Numbered from the stretch's first letter, positions 1-9,888 are shown. The stretch: DNA of 64,000 bases from a virus (IMGVR_UViG_3300001528_000580:192001-256000); one strand, 5' to 3'. Numbers and translations: made by a program. Notes: generated by a model not told the origin, from the sequence alone.

Positions 1-74
1 TATTAAATATCATGCTATATTACATATATATGTATTTTGGCGTTTAAATGTTATTGGGAAAGGAGTGATTTAAA

Positions 75-389
75 ATGGAAAAATTTATTTTAAGTGAAGA
101 AGAAATGAATCGTGCAACTAGTATCAATGGAAGATACTATACCATTATCACTCGTCCTGCAGATTGTGGAAAGACAAAAATATCAGCAGTATGGGTGAAA
201 AATGGTCAATTAGTTGCAGATTGGGCGACTAAAACTGTTAACTATATGTATGAGGTTAATTCTACTATCATGAATTTAAACTCTGAAATATTTAATAAAA
301 AAGATACTATAAAGTTTTATGATAGAACTTATGATAGAACAAAAGAAAGCAATAGAAGAAAATTTTCTAATTTTAAGAAAAGAAAATAA
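75..389 (+). CDS. hypothetical protein
   Basis: ORF with AAGGAG RBS. Confidence 0.7.
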   Translation: MEKFILSEEEMNRATSINGRYYTIITRPADCGKTKISAVWVKNGQLVADWATKTVNYMYEVNSTIMNLNSEIFNKKDTIKFYDRTYDRTKESNRRKFSNFKKRK

Positions 390-395
390 ATATCT

Positions 396-446
396 AAGTA
401 GTAATTGAATAACGCCACAATTACTACTTTTTTTATTGGCGTTATT
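396..446 (+). terminator. intrinsic terminator-like hairpin whose loop is complementary to a downstream segment
   Basis: 12-bp stem AAGTAGTAATTG/CAATTACTACTT plus T-tract; loop AATAACGCCA complements TGGCGTTATT at 437-446. Confidence 0.7.
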
Positions 447-470
447 TTAATATATAAAGGTATATAAATT

Positions 471-1124
471 ATGTTGGTTAATTATTGTGAGTCATTGCTA
501 TTAGAATGTAGAAAATATGTACCAGATGAATTAAAGAAAAATATTGATAGTTTATTATCACTAAGAGAAGATATGGATGAAGTTAAAGAAAAATTTAATC
601 CATGTTTTGATGTTTTTACTAAAGATGAATTTAAAAACAAATTTGAAGAAATAATATTTAACAGTAATAAATTTAAAGATTCTTATTTTCATAATAATTT
701 TAAAGAAGAACATAATAGAGAACCAGAATTAAAAGATGTTAAATTGGAAGAATTTGATGGGTATGAAATATTTGAATTTGTAAAGAATAAACCAAATATA
801 GATTTTGACTTAGAAAATTTTGAAACCAATGATTTTTATATTTATGGTGAATCTATATGTAATAAAATATTAGGAATACAAACATTAGAAAATGAATTGA
901 CATTTCTTGGTTTTTATGCAGGTGGAGATTGGGAAGTTCCAATTATTGGAATATTATATATTTATAAAAATGAAATTTATTGTTATATTCCAGAAGATGG
1001 AAATATATATGATAAAGAAAATATGTGCGCATATAATGAATCTAAAAATGATATAATTGAAGTTCAAGATGAAGATATAATTATAAGTGATATTTTAAGA
1101 AAATTTTGCAAAAATGTGGTATAA
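471..1124 (+). CDS. hypothetical protein
   Basis: 217-aa ORF; C-terminal half looks conserved (YAGGDWEVP, YIPEDGN). Confidence 0.75.
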   Translation: MLVNYCESLLLECRKYVPDELKKNIDSLLSLREDMDEVKEKFNPCFDVFTKDEFKNKFEEIIFNSNKFKDSYFHNNFKEEHNREPELKDVKLEEFDGYEIFEFVKNKPNIDFDLENFETNDFYIYGESICNKILGIQTLENELTFLGFYAGGDWEVPIIGILYIYKNEIYCYIPEDGNIYDKENMCAYNESKNDIIEVQDEDIIISDILRKFCKNVV

Positions 1125-1214
1125 TTTTCACACCATAATATTCATAAATATGTATTTTTACACTCAAATATATTTTATTTTATATTTACCTTTCTGAAAA
1201 GGGAATATAATAAA

Positions 1215-2063
1215 ATGAGAATAAATGAAATAAAGTTATTTAATGGAAAGCATCTTGTTACTTCTAAGGATGGAAAAATAGATGCAATTGACGGTTCAAA
1301 TTTAACTGGATTACAATTTACACAATTAGAAGATGCACCAAATTCATTAATACCAAATAGAATTGTCAAAGTAAATGAACTTGGTAATAAATTAGAATTA
1401 GTAGAATTTGATGTCAATAACAATAAAGTTATAGAATTTGGTATTAGTAATGTTGAAAATGAAATAAATTGGACTGGAAATCATTGTCAAATTACTCATG
1501 GATTAAATGGATTTGTATTATTTCAAATATTTAATCATGATGGAGTAGGGATACCAGTTGTACCATTATATATAGATGAAAATAATATTGCATTTTATTT
1601 AAACGATTCTGATTTACCTACAGATGAAAATAAACATACCATTTTCTTTTATAAAGGTGGCATGGAAACAAAATTTGCATCAAATCATGCAATTATAGAT
1701 AATATGCCTGTTGAATTTACTTTTATTGATGAACAATATGGAAGAGTATGTTATTTAGATTCTACTACACCAAAAATAAGTTTTATTGACAATGTTTTAA
1801 ATTTAAAAGAAGTGCAATTAAATATCGTAAGTGCTAATACTGATATTACAGGAAATATTGTTCTTATACCAATTGTAAATAATACAGAATTAGATCCAAT
1901 TATTGTTCCTGTTTCTGATGTATTAACTATTCAAAAAATAAGTTTAGATGTTACTGGTAATTTGTCATTTAGACGTGATTATGAAAATGTAAATGATACA
2001 TTAAAAGATGAAACACCTGTTACTGCAATAATAACCAATATAAGGTTTATTGTAGAGGTGTAA
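1215..2063 (+). CDS. putative virion / tail-fibre-associated protein
   Basis: Beta-rich 282-aa ORF; FTQLEDAPNS segment resembles fibre-type repeats; first gene of an operon with LamG-type genes. Confidence 0.4.
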   Translation: MRINEIKLFNGKHLVTSKDGKIDAIDGSNLTGLQFTQLEDAPNSLIPNRIVKVNELGNKLELVEFDVNNNKVIEFGISNVENEINWTGNHCQITHGLNGFVLFQIFNHDGVGIPVVPLYIDENNIAFYLNDSDLPTDENKHTIFFYKGGMETKFASNHAIIDNMPVEFTFIDEQYGRVCYLDSTTPKISFIDNVLNLKEVQLNIVSANTDITGNIVLIPIVNNTELDPIIVPVSDVLTIQKISLDVTGNLSFRRDYENVNDTLKDETPVTAIITNIRFIVEV

Positions 2064-2064
2064 T

Positions 2065-3243
2065 ATGCATGATAAAATATTTGACATCGCTAGAAATAAT
2101 GATTGTATTATGGCTATAACACCTGACAATGCAGGTACATTTATTAGTCCTATTAGAAACGATCTTATAAAATTAAATCAACAAAGAAATTTTTATAAAC
2201 AGTTTCAAATATGGTTTGATTTTGTTGAAGCAGCAAAGCAAATAACTATTGGTGCTGATTTTGAAATGAAATTTTCTTTTACAAAAATCGGTACAGCATA
2301 TAATGCTTATCCTTATATTTTTTATCCATATCAAGGAACATATAGTGCTGGTGTATATTTTAATACAACAACAAGTCAACCATTAAGATTGCAATGTTTT
2401 CTTTTTACTACCGCTGCAATAAATATGACAATAGTATTGAATCAAAGATATGATTTTGTTATAAGAAGAATAAATAATCAAATTTCATTATTTTTAAATG
2501 ATCGATTGGTAACAACAAGGTCATCAAATGCTGCATGGCTTACAACTGTATATCCTTTAAGTTCTGATTCTATAAATATTCATGAATTAACATTAAAGGT
2601 TAAAGATAAAACAATATTTAGTTATCCTAATGAATCTGAAAGATTAGGTCTTGTTAGTAAAACATCTGTTATAACAACTGGAAATACATTTGATTCTTGT
2701 TCAATTTATACTTATCCGTCTAAAATAGTATTACCATTTGATTTTAGAAATAGAGCAGTAATAGATTACTCTTTTGCAATGAGATTCAGATTCAATAATA
2801 TTGATTCTTACTCAACAGCATTACCAATATTATCACAAGGATTTACTGCTGCAACAGGACAAAAGGTAATGAGTTTACATGGAATAAGATCATCTAACTA
2901 TTTAAGGTTATATTTTAGTGTTGGAACAAATAATATAGGATTAAATTCTCCACCTTTATATCAAGGTCAATGGCATGATGTTGCAATATCTTTTACTCCG
3001 GGAGTTGGAACAACCAGAAAAGCATTAATATATACAAATGGAGTTTTTACAGAACAAACTTTACTTACTGGAATGATATATCCTAATTTAAATCCAACTG
3101 TTGATACTTTAATAAATACTAATGCTCAATTGTTTGCAGATCCTACTTCATTAGGTAATAGGTATTTTAAATGGCAATTGAACAAATTTTTTGTTTTTAA
3201 TAAATCATTAACAAAAGAAGATATGATTAATATTTTTAATTAA
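2065..3243 (+). CDS. LamG/concanavalin A-like domain protein, putative receptor-binding protein
   Basis: GQWHDVAISF...LIYTNG and terminal FFVFNKSLTKEDM are LamG-like; paralog of 3681..5423. Confidence 0.6.
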   Translation: MHDKIFDIARNNDCIMAITPDNAGTFISPIRNDLIKLNQQRNFYKQFQIWFDFVEAAKQITIGADFEMKFSFTKIGTAYNAYPYIFYPYQGTYSAGVYFNTTTSQPLRLQCFLFTTAAINMTIVLNQRYDFVIRRINNQISLFLNDRLVTTRSSNAAWLTTVYPLSSDSINIHELTLKVKDKTIFSYPNESERLGLVSKTSVITTGNTFDSCSIYTYPSKIVLPFDFRNRAVIDYSFAMRFRFNNIDSYSTALPILSQGFTAATGQKVMSLHGIRSSNYLRLYFSVGTNNIGLNSPPLYQGQWHDVAISFTPGVGTTRKALIYTNGVFTEQTLLTGMIYPNLNPTVDTLINTNAQLFADPTSLGNRYFKWQLNKFFVFNKSLTKEDMINIFN

Positions 3244-3260
3244 AATAAAAGGATAAAAAG

Positions 3261-3668
3261 ATGAAATATATAAGAAAAATAAATGGAATAATTGAAGAAT
3301 ATGCTCTCATAAAAAATATGGGTAAGCAATGGTATAAAAATAATGGTTATTTAGAATATTATGGTAATAATCCTATTGAGTATATTGATATTATAGATGG
3401 CAATATAGTTGAATTAGATATTCCAGAAGCAGTTAAAGAAAATAAATATACAAAAAATCAAATAAGAACATCTTGTCGTGAATTGAATATTGAAAATAAA
3501 TTAAATGAAATATTGAATTTATCAACTGATTTTAAAATATTTTGGGATGAGTGTCTTGAAGTTGATTTAAACTATCCAATGACACAACAAGCTCTAAAAA
3601 TGGCAAAATTTACAGATGAAGATATTAAAAATATTATTGATTATATAGAATTACATAGCGTTATTTAA
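3261..3668 (+). CDS. putative tail fibre assembly / chaperone-like protein
   Basis: Small gene between two fibre-like paralogs. Confidence 0.35.
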   Translation: MKYIRKINGIIEEYALIKNMGKQWYKNNGYLEYYGNNPIEYIDIIDGNIVELDIPEAVKENKYTKNQIRTSCRELNIENKLNEILNLSTDFKIFWDECLEVDLNYPMTQQALKMAKFTDEDIKNIIDYIELHSVI

Positions 3669-3680
3669 AATGGTGATATT

Positions 3681-5423
3681 ATGCATGATATAGTATTTGA
3701 TGCAGCTAAAAGAAATGATTGTATATTAGCACTAACACCTGATAATGGTGGAAGTTGGATTAGTAGTTTTAAACCTAGAACTTATAGAAATTATTATATT
3801 AATCCTAGTAGTTCAGTTGGAACAGGAGAACCATTTTCTGATTTAAAAACTATTTTATTAACAACAAATTTTTCTTATCAAGATGATTTCAAATTTGAAT
3901 TTACAATAAATTTAATAGATAATGATTATCCATTAACACAATATTTTTCATTTTATCAATCAGATGGTAGAATACAATCATTTTGGGGAAGAAGAGAATC
4001 TGATGGATATATGAGATTTAATTTTTCAACTTCTGTATTAACAAATTCAGATATATTTTTTGATTATATTCCATTTGTTTCTGGATTACATAAAGTAGTT
4101 ATTGAACTTATTGGAGATACATTTAGTGTTACTGTTGATGGAGAAAATAAACAAATAATTGGAACTAGAAAAGATGGTAGTTCTGATCCAAATAGAGTAA
4201 TTAATTTTAATGCTCCTGCTAATATATTATCAGCTAAATTAACAAATTTAACTTCAAATTCTGTTTTATGGACAGCAGGAAAAGATGTTTTATATAATTC
4301 TATTGTTTATCCTTATGAAAAACCAAAAAGAAATTTTAGTGAAACAGGTAAAGATAAATCGTGGTATGATATTGTTAGTTCTGGTTATAACAATATTGGA
4401 GTTGATGATTGCGAATTTTATATTGAATATGAAAATTATAAGGATTATCCTGGACAGATATTTTATAGTAATTCTCAAAATGGAAGTATAAATATTTATT
4501 TCATTGAAAATAATCAAAATTCTTATACATCTTTTCAAGCATTTAATGATAATAGTATATATTTATATCCAAATGATTCTTCCGAAATAATAACAACAGG
4601 TAAACATAAAATATTATTTAGAAGAGAAAATGGAACGGCAACAGCTTATATTGATGGAATACTAAAATCTACGGTAATATCTTCATCAGGAAATAAATTG
4701 TTATATGGAACAAGTGTTCCTATATCAAATCTTAATGGAACAATTTATAAAGCATATCTAAAAAATTTAAGAACTGGAAAAACTGTTTGGTTATATCCAA
4801 CGGAAATAGAAAGATTGAATTTAGCAGATAAGATTAATTATCGTTGTGATCGAGGTGTATTTGAACAAGCATCTTCACCTTCATCAACTATTAATACTAG
4901 AATTGATACTCAATTGGATTTAAGAGGATCAGTTTCAGATTATACTGTTATTGTTGATTTTGATGCAGCAATATTTAATGGGATAGAACAAAAACAAGAA
5001 TTAGCTGGACAAGGTCCGTGTATTACTGCGGCACAACGTCCAGAAATTTGTTCATTAGCTTATTATTCTAGATCTGTTTCAAATTCTTATGCATTACAAT
5101 GTGCTCAAGAAATTAATGGAGTAAGAGTAAATTGTTGGAAAGAAACTGGATTGCTTACTGGTAGACATAGTGCAGCAGGTAGAATAACTGTTAATAATAA
5201 TAACACAACTACTATTTCTATATTTTTAGATGGAAATAAAATAATAGAACAAAATTATCAAGGTGTTCCTAGAGGAACAGCATATACAACACATACTTGT
5301 TATTCTATATCAGATAATAGAAATGGATTGTGGGTTGCAAAGTATAATAAAATATATTCTGTTTTGTTATTTAATTCAAGTTTAAGTGATTATGATATTA
5401 AACAAATAAGTTTTAAAGGTTAA
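3681..5423 (+). CDS. multi-LamG/concanavalin-like domain protein, putative receptor-binding protein
   Basis: Repeated GxHK...(Y/F)(V/I/L)DG strands; terminal LLFNSSLSDYDI; shares N-terminus and YPxExERLxL motif with 2065..3243. Confidence 0.6.
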   Translation: MHDIVFDAAKRNDCILALTPDNGGSWISSFKPRTYRNYYINPSSSVGTGEPFSDLKTILLTTNFSYQDDFKFEFTINLIDNDYPLTQYFSFYQSDGRIQSFWGRRESDGYMRFNFSTSVLTNSDIFFDYIPFVSGLHKVVIELIGDTFSVTVDGENKQIIGTRKDGSSDPNRVINFNAPANILSAKLTNLTSNSVLWTAGKDVLYNSIVYPYEKPKRNFSETGKDKSWYDIVSSGYNNIGVDDCEFYIEYENYKDYPGQIFYSNSQNGSINIYFIENNQNSYTSFQAFNDNSIYLYPNDSSEIITTGKHKILFRRENGTATAYIDGILKSTVISSSGNKLLYGTSVPISNLNGTIYKAYLKNLRTGKTVWLYPTEIERLNLADKINYRCDRGVFEQASSPSSTINTRIDTQLDLRGSVSDYTVIVDFDAAIFNGIEQKQELAGQGPCITAAQRPEICSLAYYSRSVSNSYALQCAQEINGVRVNCWKETGLLTGRHSAAGRITVNNNNTTTISIFLDGNKIIEQNYQGVPRGTAYTTHTCYSISDNRNGLWVAKYNKIYSVLLFNSSLSDYDIKQISFKG

Positions 5424-5526
5424 TACAAAAATTATATTTATAAAATTAATTATATTTATAATTTTGATAAATTATTGAAATATTTGTCAGAATTATAATA
5501 ATTTTTGAATTTTTTCTTTTTTTCAT

Positions 5527-5554
5527 TTGACTTTTTATTTTTATGAGCTATATT
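5527..5554 (+). promoter_or_regulatory. sigma70-like promoter, 16-bp spacer class
   Basis: TTGACT-N16-TATATT. Confidence 0.7.
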
Positions 5555-5583
5555 ACTTTATAGAAACAGAAAAAAGGTTTATA

Positions 5584-5850
5584 ATGTTAGAAAAACGCAT
5601 ATATGTGGCATGGGCTTATACAGAAAATGCCAATGAAAAAATAAAGATAAATAGAGAAATTTATAATTCACTAAAAGATCTAGCTATTGTTAAACCTGTT
5701 GGTTTTGGATATGCAAATTCTGTTTATAGTGTAATAGAAAAAACTGTTAGAAAATTATCAGATGATGAAAAAGCATTAATTGCTGATGGTGGAAATCTTT
5801 GTTTTGGATACAGAAAATCAGGTGATTTATTTGTTATTTATACTGATTAA
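5584..5850 (+). CDS. hypothetical protein, paralog of 17528..17851
   Basis: LSDDEKALIADGGNLCFGY vs LTNEEKALIAGFGNLSCGY; ATG 5584 preferred because TTG 5527 is the -35 box. Confidence 0.75.
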   Translation: MLEKRIYVAWAYTENANEKIKINREIYNSLKDLAIVKPVGFGYANSVYSVIEKTVRKLSDDEKALIADGGNLCFGYRKSGDLFVIYTD

Positions 5851-5868
5851 AAAAGAAATGGAGAAAAT

Positions 5869-6090
5869 ATGACTTATCTTTTGTTTATCGTTATTTTAGG
5901 CACTCTTTTGAGTGTAGCTATTTATGACAAAAAAGGTTTTAATCTTTTAAGGATATTGGTATGCTCCATTCTTGTTTTTATTGTTTTGAATTGTTGGCTT
6001 ATTATTCCGGCTATTTTTCTTGTAATACTTATTATCGTAGGTATTGTTTTGTTTAAGAAATCAATGAATGATGATGTAGGAGAGGAGTAG
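5869..6090 (+). CDS. small membrane protein
   Basis: Mostly hydrophobic, GGAG RBS. Confidence 0.7.
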   Translation: MTYLLFIVILGTLLSVAIYDKKGFNLLRILVCSILVFIVLNCWLIIPAIFLVILIIVGIVLFKKSMNDDVGEE

Positions 6091-6099
6091 TTCCGAGTT

Positions 6100-6160
6100 G
6101 AGGTACACAGTTAGATTTAAATATACCTCCTAAAAAGTCTAACTGTGTACCTCTTTTTTT
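6100..6160. terminator. terminator between convergent genes
   Basis: GAGGTACACAGTTAGA/TCTAACTGTGTACCTC 16-bp stem followed by T-tract. Confidence 0.8.
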
Positions 6161-8604
6161 TATTCTTCTTCTAATTCAATTTCAGCTTCAATTCCTTCTT
6201 CTATTTTTGTATATTCATAATTAAAAGATTGTTTATTTGATTTAGTAACTTTTAACATATTACGTTTTATAGCCTCACCACCCCATGATTCAGGAATATC
6301 TTTGTAATTTTCGATTTTAATACAATTAAAGAAGCAATCAGTGGTTGAAGTAAAATTATTACTACTATTCCAAAGTTTGTTTTCAGGTGCGTTAGAATTG
6401 ATTCTAGAGCAGTTATAACACATTTCTGCAATATTAACTTCCCAATTAAATGATTCAGGAAGAATGTCATTTAAATTAATATTTAAATATATACAATTTC
6501 CAAATAATCCAGAAATATTTCTTGCATCAGATGAAATTTTGAAATCTATTACTTTAGTTAATGCAGAACCAGAAAAAGCATAACTTATATTATCTTCATT
6601 TTCAAATATAAATCCTGTTGGCATTGCAGAAATAGATGATTCTGCAAACATTCCATAACAGTTCCTTGCATTTACACCAGTTTTAAAATTATATGGTATA
6701 GAACTGAGTTTTTTAGTTTTATAAAACATAAGAGAATTATCTAAACATGAATCAGGAATAGATAAATTTTGTATTATCATAATACCAGATTCTTGAAACA
6801 TTTGTTTTAATGTTTGCACTTTTTTCCCAATAAAAAAATTTTTGTTTAAATAATTTAAAAATTCACATACTGCAAACATTTGTGAACAGTCGCTTACATT
6901 ATCACCTATTTTAAAATTAACAGGTAATTCTCTTAATCTTGTATAAGTGAACATATTTTGACAATTAGTTACATTATCATGAATCGTAAAATTAATTGGT
7001 AATTTTGTTAATCCTGAATCAAAAAACATAAATCTTAAAATAGACGCTTTTTCTCCTAAAATACAAGTTTCTGGAAGATATTTTAAAGCATATGTGTATT
7101 GAAACGATCCTGTCAAATCTGTTGTATTTTTTCCAAATGTAAAGTTTTTTGGCAATCTTGATAAAGAATTGCAACCACTAAGCATTAAATAGATAGAAGT
7201 TACTGAATCAGGTATTTTAAAACTATTAGGTAATTCTTTTAAATATTTACAATCATAAAAAGTACCAAATAATTGTGTTATTCCTTCTTTAAAACAAAAA
7301 CCATTTGGTAATCTTTCTATATTTGAATAAGAAAATGTATAAACAGCTTGTTTAACTGATTTACCCATATTAAATCCAGCAGGAAATTCTTTTAATGATT
7401 TTAATTTATCAAAAGCATATGATACATTTTCAACTTTATCTGGAATTGTAAATCCTTTTGGGAAAAACAAAAGACCTGCCATATTACTAAAAGCACTTTG
7501 TATTGTAGTGACATTTTTGCCAATTCTAAATGAACTTGGAAAATATTTTACTTTTATACATCCTTCAAATATATTGTTCATATTAGTAACGTTATCTGAT
7601 ATTAAAAATGATGGATGAATAAACTCCATATTATAACAATTTTTAAACATGTTATAGCATGTTATAGTTGAAGTTTTTAATTGAACAGCTCTTACTACAC
7701 TTTGACAATTTAAGAAATCTACACCATCAAAATCACCATAAAAAGTTATTTCCATTTTTTTATTTTTAGGTAATCCATAATAATATGTTCTATTTCCAGT
7801 AACATCTAATTCTAATTTCTTTTCATCACCAAAATAAACAATTGTATTTTTAGGATTTCTTAATGTAAAATTAAAATTTGTATCTTTTGTAGAATCAACA
7901 ATTATTTTTGTGCAATCGAAATTAGTTGGTCTTTTATCAGAAATGTTAAGAACATTTTCTCTTTTTGTTATAATAATAATTTTATTTGGTTCATCTTTTT
8001 TATTATAAACTTCAAAATTATCTGTTAATACATATATATTATCTTTTATTTTATAACAAATATCATCTTTTCTTGTTATTCTTGTTATATCATTATTGAA
8101 ATTTTGCCATATATTTAATATGTCATTATTAAAACTTACATCACTTAATTCTTGTGAATATCCTCCTTGCATAACAATGAATGGTAAACTAACAATTGGA
8201 ATGTTATCTTTTTTAGTAATTAAAATTACTTCATTTGGATTATTTAAATTATTATAAACTTCAAAATTATCTGTTAAATCATATTCATCGTTTTTTCTAA
8301 TATAACAAACTTGATCTGGTGTTGTTATTAACTGTAATTTATTGTTTATCGTTGGTGGATATAAAAATATTGGTGGTTGTTTAATAACATTACCTGAATT
8401 ATCATATTCAATATTAACATCATGTGCATCAGAATTTTGAATGTTATATTTGTTTGTTAATTCAGTTATTATTTTTAAATTATCAGGTACTTCAGGAGAA
8501 AGATATCTTGTGAAGTCAGTAAATGTTTTACTTGTTATTCTACTTAATCCCTTTTCTTTTCTTATTCTTTGTTTTTCTAAAAAATCACTATAATCACTTC
8601 TCAT
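6160..8604 (-). CDS. BspA/DUF285-like repeat protein
   Basis: Many ~24-25-aa repeats (MF..C..L..LP..F.I...V); duplicated N-terminal unit LTDNFEVYN; AAGGAG RBS; only convincing minus-strand gene. Confidence 0.75.
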   Translation of the reverse strand: MRSDYSDFLEKQRIRKEKGLSRITSKTFTDFTRYLSPEVPDNLKIITELTNKYNIQNSDAHDVNIEYDNSGNVIKQPPIFLYPPTINNKLQLITTPDQVCYIRKNDEYDLTDNFEVYNNLNNPNEVILITKKDNIPIVSLPFIVMQGGYSQELSDVSFNNDILNIWQNFNNDITRITRKDDICYKIKDNIYVLTDNFEVYNKKDEPNKIIIITKRENVLNISDKRPTNFDCTKIIVDSTKDTNFNFTLRNPKNTIVYFGDEKKLELDVTGNRTYYYGLPKNKKMEITFYGDFDGVDFLNCQSVVRAVQLKTSTITCYNMFKNCYNMEFIHPSFLISDNVTNMNNIFEGCIKVKYFPSSFRIGKNVTTIQSAFSNMAGLLFFPKGFTIPDKVENVSYAFDKLKSLKEFPAGFNMGKSVKQAVYTFSYSNIERLPNGFCFKEGITQLFGTFYDCKYLKELPNSFKIPDSVTSIYLMLSGCNSLSRLPKNFTFGKNTTDLTGSFQYTYALKYLPETCILGEKASILRFMFFDSGLTKLPINFTIHDNVTNCQNMFTYTRLRELPVNFKIGDNVSDCSQMFAVCEFLNYLNKNFFIGKKVQTLKQMFQESGIMIIQNLSIPDSCLDNSLMFYKTKKLSSIPYNFKTGVNARNCYGMFAESSISAMPTGFIFENEDNISYAFSGSALTKVIDFKISSDARNISGLFGNCIYLNINLNDILPESFNWEVNIAEMCYNCSRINSNAPENKLWNSSNNFTSTTDCFFNCIKIENYKDIPESWGGEAIKRNMLKVTKSNKQSFNYEYTKIEEGIEAEIELEEE

Positions 8605-8697
8605 AGATATATCTCCTTTTCTAAATAGAAAAATATTTATTTAATTTATAACATTTTTATTTTAAACTTATTTTTAATAACTTATCTATATTTTTTT

Positions 8698-8760
8698 AAT
8701 ATTTTTTTATATTTTTCTCATTATTGACTTGACAAATATAAAAAGTAATGTATATTAAGT
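8698..8760 (+). promoter_or_regulatory. tRNA-operon promoter cassette (near-identical copy at 62671-62733, related copy at about 11888-11950)
   Basis: T-rich upstream tract plus TTGACA-N16-TATATT. Confidence 0.75.
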
Positions 8761-8805
8761 GTTGTAACAAGGAAAAATAAAAAATCCTGTGTTGTTTTAA
8801 TATAT

Positions 8806-8882
8806 AGCGGAGTGATAGCAGAGGTTAGCTTGTCTGGCTCATAACCAGAAGGTCATTGGTTCAAATCCAATCTCCGCTACCA
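8806..8882 (+). tRNA. tRNA-Met(CAT), initiator-like acceptor stem
   Basis: AGCGGAG/CTCCGCT acceptor, loop CTCATAA, T-loop TTCAAAT, encoded CCA. Confidence 0.85.
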
Positions 8883-9074
8883 ATAAAAATATATAACCAA
8901 ATTTGGTTATATTAAAAATATGAAAGCCAGAAAGTATAAAAAAACGGTTCTGGTAACGGAATTAGCATCTCCGTTCCGTTCATTTAGAATGATGCGAAAA
9001 CATTAGGGAGTAGCACAACATAAATGACAATCTATTTGCACTATGATGCACGTAGAAGATGCCATTTTTAAAAT

Positions 9075-9156
9075 GCCAGTCGGGCCGGATGGTAAGGCAG
9101 CAGATTTGTAATCTGCCGAGAAATCATAGTGGGTTCGATTCCCACGGCTGGCTCCA
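9075..9156 (+). tRNA. tRNA with anticodon TGT (Thr) and a long variable region
   Basis: GCCAGTC/GGCTGGC acceptor, GCAGA-TTTGTAA-TCTGC arm, 12-nt variable region, TTCGATT, TCCA end. Confidence 0.8.
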
Positions 9157-9232
9157 TTTTTGTTTAGCTTTTAATATTTTTTATATTTTTCTTATACCAG
9201 TAATATTAATTATTATTGGTAGGAGTTCAAAT

Positions 9233-9871
9233 ATGAGAGATAGCAAGAGTTATAGCAAGGCAGGAAAATTAGGATATATAGCTTCATTAGAAAAAAGAAA
9301 AATACAATATCAAAAAAGGATTGATGAGTATAATAAAAATCCTAATAAATGTCATTTTTGTAGTAAAAAATTTGATTAAGAACATAGACATTTAAAGTTT
9401 TGCAATCATTCTTGTTCTGCTTCTTTTAATAACAAAAGTGATAAAAGAATAAAAAGAGAAATATTTTTTTGTTTATTTTGTAATAAAAAGTTAAATGGTA
9501 AACAAAAAAAATTTTGTTCTAATAGATGTCAACAGGATTATGAATGGAAATTAAGAAAAGAAAAAATAGAAAAAATTGGTGAATTTCCTCATTTTTCAAC
9601 TATGAATGAAACTAATTTAAGAATAGTAAAAAAATATTTATTAGAAAAATATGGAAATAAATGTCAAATATGTGGTAATACAGAATGGTTAGAAAATCCA
9701 ATACCATTAGTTTGTGATCATATAGATGGAAATCCAGAAAATCATAGTATAGAAAATTTCAGATTGGTTTGTGGTAATTGTGATATGTTATTGCCAACAT
9801 ATAAATCTCAAAACAAAGGTTTAGGTAGATTTTGGAGAAGAAAAAGATATAGAGAAAATAAAAGCTATTAA
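9233..9871 (+). pseudogene. HNH endonuclease with Zn-finger N-terminus, interrupted by one in-frame TAA (9377-9379)
   Basis: AGGAG RBS and ATG 9233; frame stays open after the stop (EHRHLKFCNHSC...FCSNRC) into CQIC...CDHIDGNPENH...CGNC. Confidence 0.8.
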
Positions 9872-9888
9872 TAAACAAAGGTGTTTAT

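Noticed and set aside
9005-9015. yybP-ykoY riboswitch (GGGAGTAGC)
   Set aside because: The rest of the consensus was not found and the downstream feature is a tRNA.
9059-9232. 5' extensions of track ORFs 9059, 20742 and 62872
   Set aside because: They run through tRNA genes; downstream ATGs (9233, 20805, 62941) are better starts.
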